Shown here: positions 26,110-28,855 of the stretch, one piece after another
Numbering within the stretch: the stretch's first letter is position 1
How the letters are laid out: every line of letters begins with the position of its first letter
From: Parcubacteria group bacterium
GTDB taxonomy: Bacteria; Patescibacteriota; Minisyncoccia; Minisyncoccales; CG1-02-41-26
Assembly: GCA_013203565.1 (NCBI GenBank)
Contig: JABMPZ010000093.1
Coordinates: 1-28,855, forward strand
Reading direction: 5' to 3'
DNA length: 28,855 bases
Program-made: the position numbers and the translations under genes
The notes under the pieces: generated by a model
Database searches by the model: none
Told to the model about the DNA's origin: nothing
Seen by the model: only the letters and a program-made list of their open reading frames with translations

Positions 26110-26860
26110 CCCAAAAATTTCCATTGTAATGTCAACGCACAATGGAGAAAGATACTTAAAGCAATCAATTGAAAGTATTCTGAATCAATCGTTCAGGGAT
26201 TTTGAGTTTTTAATTATAAATGATGGCTCAACAGATAATACTTCTGAAGTTTTAAGTCGTTATGCTAAACAAGATGATAGAATAAAAATAATAGATAATA
26301 CAGAAAACATTGGTTTAACAAAGTCGTTGAATAAGGCCATTGCTGAAGCAAGAGGGGAGTATATAGCGAGAATGGATGATGATGATATATCTTTCACATC
26401 TCGTCTTGAAAAACAACTAAAATTTATGGAGAATAATCCCGCCGTTGTTTTATGTGGCTCTCTGGCTTTAGTAATAAATGATAAAGGAGAGGAAATCAAT
26501 AAAAAGGGTTTGGTGGTCTCTTATAAAGATATTAAAAAGAAACTTTTATTCAATAATCAATTTATTCATTCTTCTTTGTTTTTTAAGAAAGAAATAGGAC
26601 TGTATAATGAGTCGTTTGAGCGAGCCCAGGACTATGAATTTATTTTGCGCATTGCAAGTAAACATCAAGTTGCTAATTTACCTGAATATTTGGTAAAGTG
26701 GAGATCAAGACCGGATTCATTGTCTTTTTCTGGCACAAAACAGCAGAAGTATGCTATTAGGGCTCGTTGGTGGGCAATTACAAAATATGGTTATCCAAAG
26801 CTAAAAGGTCTTTTACATATATTATTAAGAATAGGATACTTACTATGGCCGAAAAGATAA
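26096..26860 (+). CDS. GT2 glycosyltransferase
   Basis: ISIVMSTHNGE, IINDGSTD, NIGLTKSLN, ARMDDDD, HSS, QDYEF. Confidence 0.9.
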   Translation: MINSNPKISIVMSTHNGERYLKQSIESILNQSFRDFEFLIINDGSTDNTSEVLSRYAKQDDRIKIIDNTENIGLTKSLNKAIAEARGEYIARMDDDDISFTSRLEKQLKFMENNPAVVLCGSLALVINDKGEEINKKGLVVSYKDIKKKLLFNNQFIHSSLFFKKEIGLYNESFERAQDYEFILRIASKHQVANLPEYLVKWRSRPDSLSFSGTKQQKYAIRARWWAITKYGYPKLKGLLHILLRIGYLLWPKR

Positions 26861-27975
26861 AGATATTACAAATAATTACTCTATCTGAATGGGGAGGAGC
26901 TCAAGGAGTAGTTTATGATTTAACAACCAACCTGCCAAAGGATAAGTTTTTAGTTGAGGTTGCTGTATCTCCTGACGGGCTCTTAGTAGAAAGATTAAGA
27001 GAAAAAGGTATTAAAGTTTATGAGATACCATCTTTACAAAGAGAGATTGGGCTTATGAAAGACATAAAAACAATGTTTGTTCTTTTCCGACTCATTAGAA
27101 AGGGTAAATATGACATTGTGCACTGTCACTCAACTAAAGCAGGGCTATTAGGTCGTTTAGCAGCAAAGTTAGCCAGAACTAAAGATATATATTTTACTGC
27201 GCATAGCTGGGGATTTTACAACAAAGAAGAATATGGCAAGAAAGTTGTTCTATTCAAATGGTTTCAGAAAATTGGCTCTATGTTTTCATCTAAAATAGTA
27301 TGTGTTTCAGAAAAAGTAAAACAAGATGGCTTGAAGAATAAAATAGCAAAAGCAAATAAGTTTTTAGTTATTAAAAATGGAATTGATTTTCAATTGAAAG
27401 ACACAAAACAGGGGATAAGAGAGCAAATGGGTATTCCTCAAGATAAAATCATTATTGTAATGACTGCACGACTGGCTCATCCTAAAAATCCATTGATGTT
27501 TTTAGAAGCATCTAAAATAGTGAAGAATACTTTTCCAGAGATTAAGTTTATGTTAATTGGAGATGGGATATTTATGGATGAGTGTAAGGAGTTTGTTCAG
27601 AATAATAACTTGGGGCATACTTCCGCTCTTTTAGGAGAAAAAACACCAGAACAAACAAGAAAACTAATGAAGGCCTGTGATGTTTTTGTTCTGTGTTCAA
27701 AGTTTGAAGGTATGCCAATCACTATTATTGAAGCAATGTTCGCTGGATTACCTATTGTTGCGAGTGATGTGGGTGGAGTAGGGGAGTTAGTGAAAAACAA
27801 TCAAAATGGGTTTCTGTTAAAAACACAAAACCCAGAAGAATTAGCAGAAAGAATAATATATCTAGCAAAGAATAAAAACAAATCAAAACAACTCGGCAAT
27901 AATAGCCGAATCCGTGCCCAAAAAGGTTTTTCAGTACAGAGAATGGTTGAACAATATACAAAGCTTTATGGATAA
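26845..27975 (+). CDS. GT4 (GT-B) glycosyltransferase
   Basis: EWGGAQ, HCHSTKAG, TAHSW, IKNGID, ARLAHPKNP, DVFVLCSKFEGMPITIIEAM..GLPIVASDVGG. Start reassigned to ATG 26845. Confidence 0.92.
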   Translation: MAEKIKILQIITLSEWGGAQGVVYDLTTNLPKDKFLVEVAVSPDGLLVERLREKGIKVYEIPSLQREIGLMKDIKTMFVLFRLIRKGKYDIVHCHSTKAGLLGRLAAKLARTKDIYFTAHSWGFYNKEEYGKKVVLFKWFQKIGSMFSSKIVCVSEKVKQDGLKNKIAKANKFLVIKNGIDFQLKDTKQGIREQMGIPQDKIIIVMTARLAHPKNPLMFLEASKIVKNTFPEIKFMLIGDGIFMDECKEFVQNNNLGHTSALLGEKTPEQTRKLMKACDVFVLCSKFEGMPITIIEAMFAGLPIVASDVGGVGELVKNNQNGFLLKTQNPEELAERIIYLAKNKNKSKQLGNNSRIRAQKGFSVQRMVEQYTKLYG

Positions 27976-28765
27976 ATTATTACAACAAACTATTGATTTA
28001 GCAAAACAAGCAGGTGAAGAAGTAATGAAAATATATAACAGGGGTTTTACTCAAAAAGAAAAGCAAGATAAGTCGCCTGTAACTGAAGCTGACTTAGCTT
28101 CAGAGAAAATAATTCTGCAAGGTCTTAAAAAAACAGGAATTACTGTTTTGTCAGAAGAAACAGAACCAGATAGTAAATGGTTTGAAAAAGATAAAATTTG
28201 GATGGTTGACCCGCTTGACGGCACTAAGGACTTTATACAAAAAACAGGAGAGTTCTCGGTAATGATTGCTTTAGTTGAAAATAAAGAACCGATTTTAGGA
28301 GTTATATATCAGCCAACTACAAATACATTATATTTTGCAGAAAAAGACAAAGGAGCTTTTATTCAAGAGGGAGCAGGAGAGCCAGAAAAAATAAAAGTTT
28401 CTGATGTTAGTGAATTATCAGATGCTCGGATAATTTTAAGTCGTAATCATACAAGCCAAGCGCAAAAAGATTTTGTGAAAAAACATCACTTTGCAAACGC
28501 AAAACATATTGGTAGCGCTGGATTGAAAATAGTTGCTGTATCCAGCCAAAAAGCCGAAGCATATTTTACAGAAAGCGACAAAGCTCATCAATGGGACACA
28601 GCCGCAGGAGAGTGTATATTAAAAGAAGCTGGAGGTATAATTACCGACATAAAAGGAAACCCATTAATCTATTGCAAGCCACAAACCAATCATCAAAACG
28701 GCATCTTAGTTTGCAATTCATCACTACATCCCAAAATTCTTCAAGCCCTAAAAGAGACCTTCTAA
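27968..28765 (+). CDS. cysQ: 3'(2'),5'-bisphosphate nucleotidase (PAP phosphatase)
   Basis: KQDKSPVTEAD, LSEE, WMVDPLDGTKDF, EFSVMIAL, GSAGLK, WDTAAG. Start reassigned to ATG 27968. Confidence 0.93.
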   Translation: MDKLLQQTIDLAKQAGEEVMKIYNRGFTQKEKQDKSPVTEADLASEKIILQGLKKTGITVLSEETEPDSKWFEKDKIWMVDPLDGTKDFIQKTGEFSVMIALVENKEPILGVIYQPTTNTLYFAEKDKGAFIQEGAGEPEKIKVSDVSELSDARIILSRNHTSQAQKDFVKKHHFANAKHIGSAGLKIVAVSSQKAEAYFTESDKAHQWDTAAGECILKEAGGIITDIKGNPLIYCKPQTNHQNGILVCNSSLHPKILQALKETF

Positions 28766-28855
28766 TTTTCTACAATGATTTTCTACGGACAAACCGTCAC
28801 GATCGTGAGCAAATGTCCGAAAATATTTTGGTTCATTTTGGAGCGATCGCTCCAA
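28765..28855. repeat. Palindrome cluster downstream of cysQ
   Basis: ATTTTCTAC direct repeat (28765-28773, 28778-28786). Concentric IRs CGGACA/TGTCCG (28786-28791/28814-28819) around TCACGATCGTGA (28797-28808). Perfect 18-bp palindrome TTGGAGCGATCGCTCCAA (28838-28855). Confidence 0.75.

Noticed and set aside
50-27961. Short alternative-frame and antisense ORFs in the track (e.g. 50-235, 789-1049, 6511-6855, 10883-11212, 14521-14859, 20092-20601, 23474-23758, 25846-26064)
   Set aside because: All lie within well-supported genes and show no recognisable motifs, as expected for shadow ORFs.
28765-28855. Integron attC site, CRISPR repeat or cyanobacterial HIP1 signal
   Set aside because: No RYYYAAC/GTTRRRY boxes and no repeat-spacer periodicity. 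GCGATCGC occurs once that I saw, not at HIP1-like frequency.
1-28855. tRNA/rRNA genes, transposases, integrases, defence systems
   Set aside because: Intergenic space is minimal and none of the ORFs carries such motifs. The methyltransferases lack DNA-MTase motifs (DPPY/NPPY/PCQ).

Overview
AT-rich bacterial surface-glycan biosynthesis locus, about 29 kb, with 30 CDS: 27 on the + strand and 3 on the - strand, all three being integral membrane proteins. A complete sulfation cycle brackets the locus. A 5'-truncated ATP sulfurylase-APS kinase fusion (sat/cysC) and a PAPS-dependent sulfotransferase lie at the left end, and the PAP phosphatase cysQ lies at the right end. Between them are a class II glutamine amidotransferase fused to an N-acetyl-sugar amidotransferase (PP-loop) domain, a polyprenol-phosphate GT2, two Wzx-type flippases, two paralogous GT-C (PMT_2/ArnT-like) transferases, several GT2/GT4 enzymes, seven SAM methyltransferase-like genes, an atypical SDR epimerase (YxxxR), and a pseudaminic-acid-type cluster (pseB, pseC, Pse-associated methylase, SpsF/PseF-like cytidylyltransferase, GNAT, pseI) with no recognisable pseG. 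I recognised no Wzy/Wzz, initiating phosphoglycosyltransferase, RNA gene, CRISPR array or transposase. Sigma70-like promoters, TGA used as a stop, and starts lacking Shine-Dalgarno motifs suggest a Patescibacteria/CPR-like host (inference). All family calls come from motif recognition only, with no database search.
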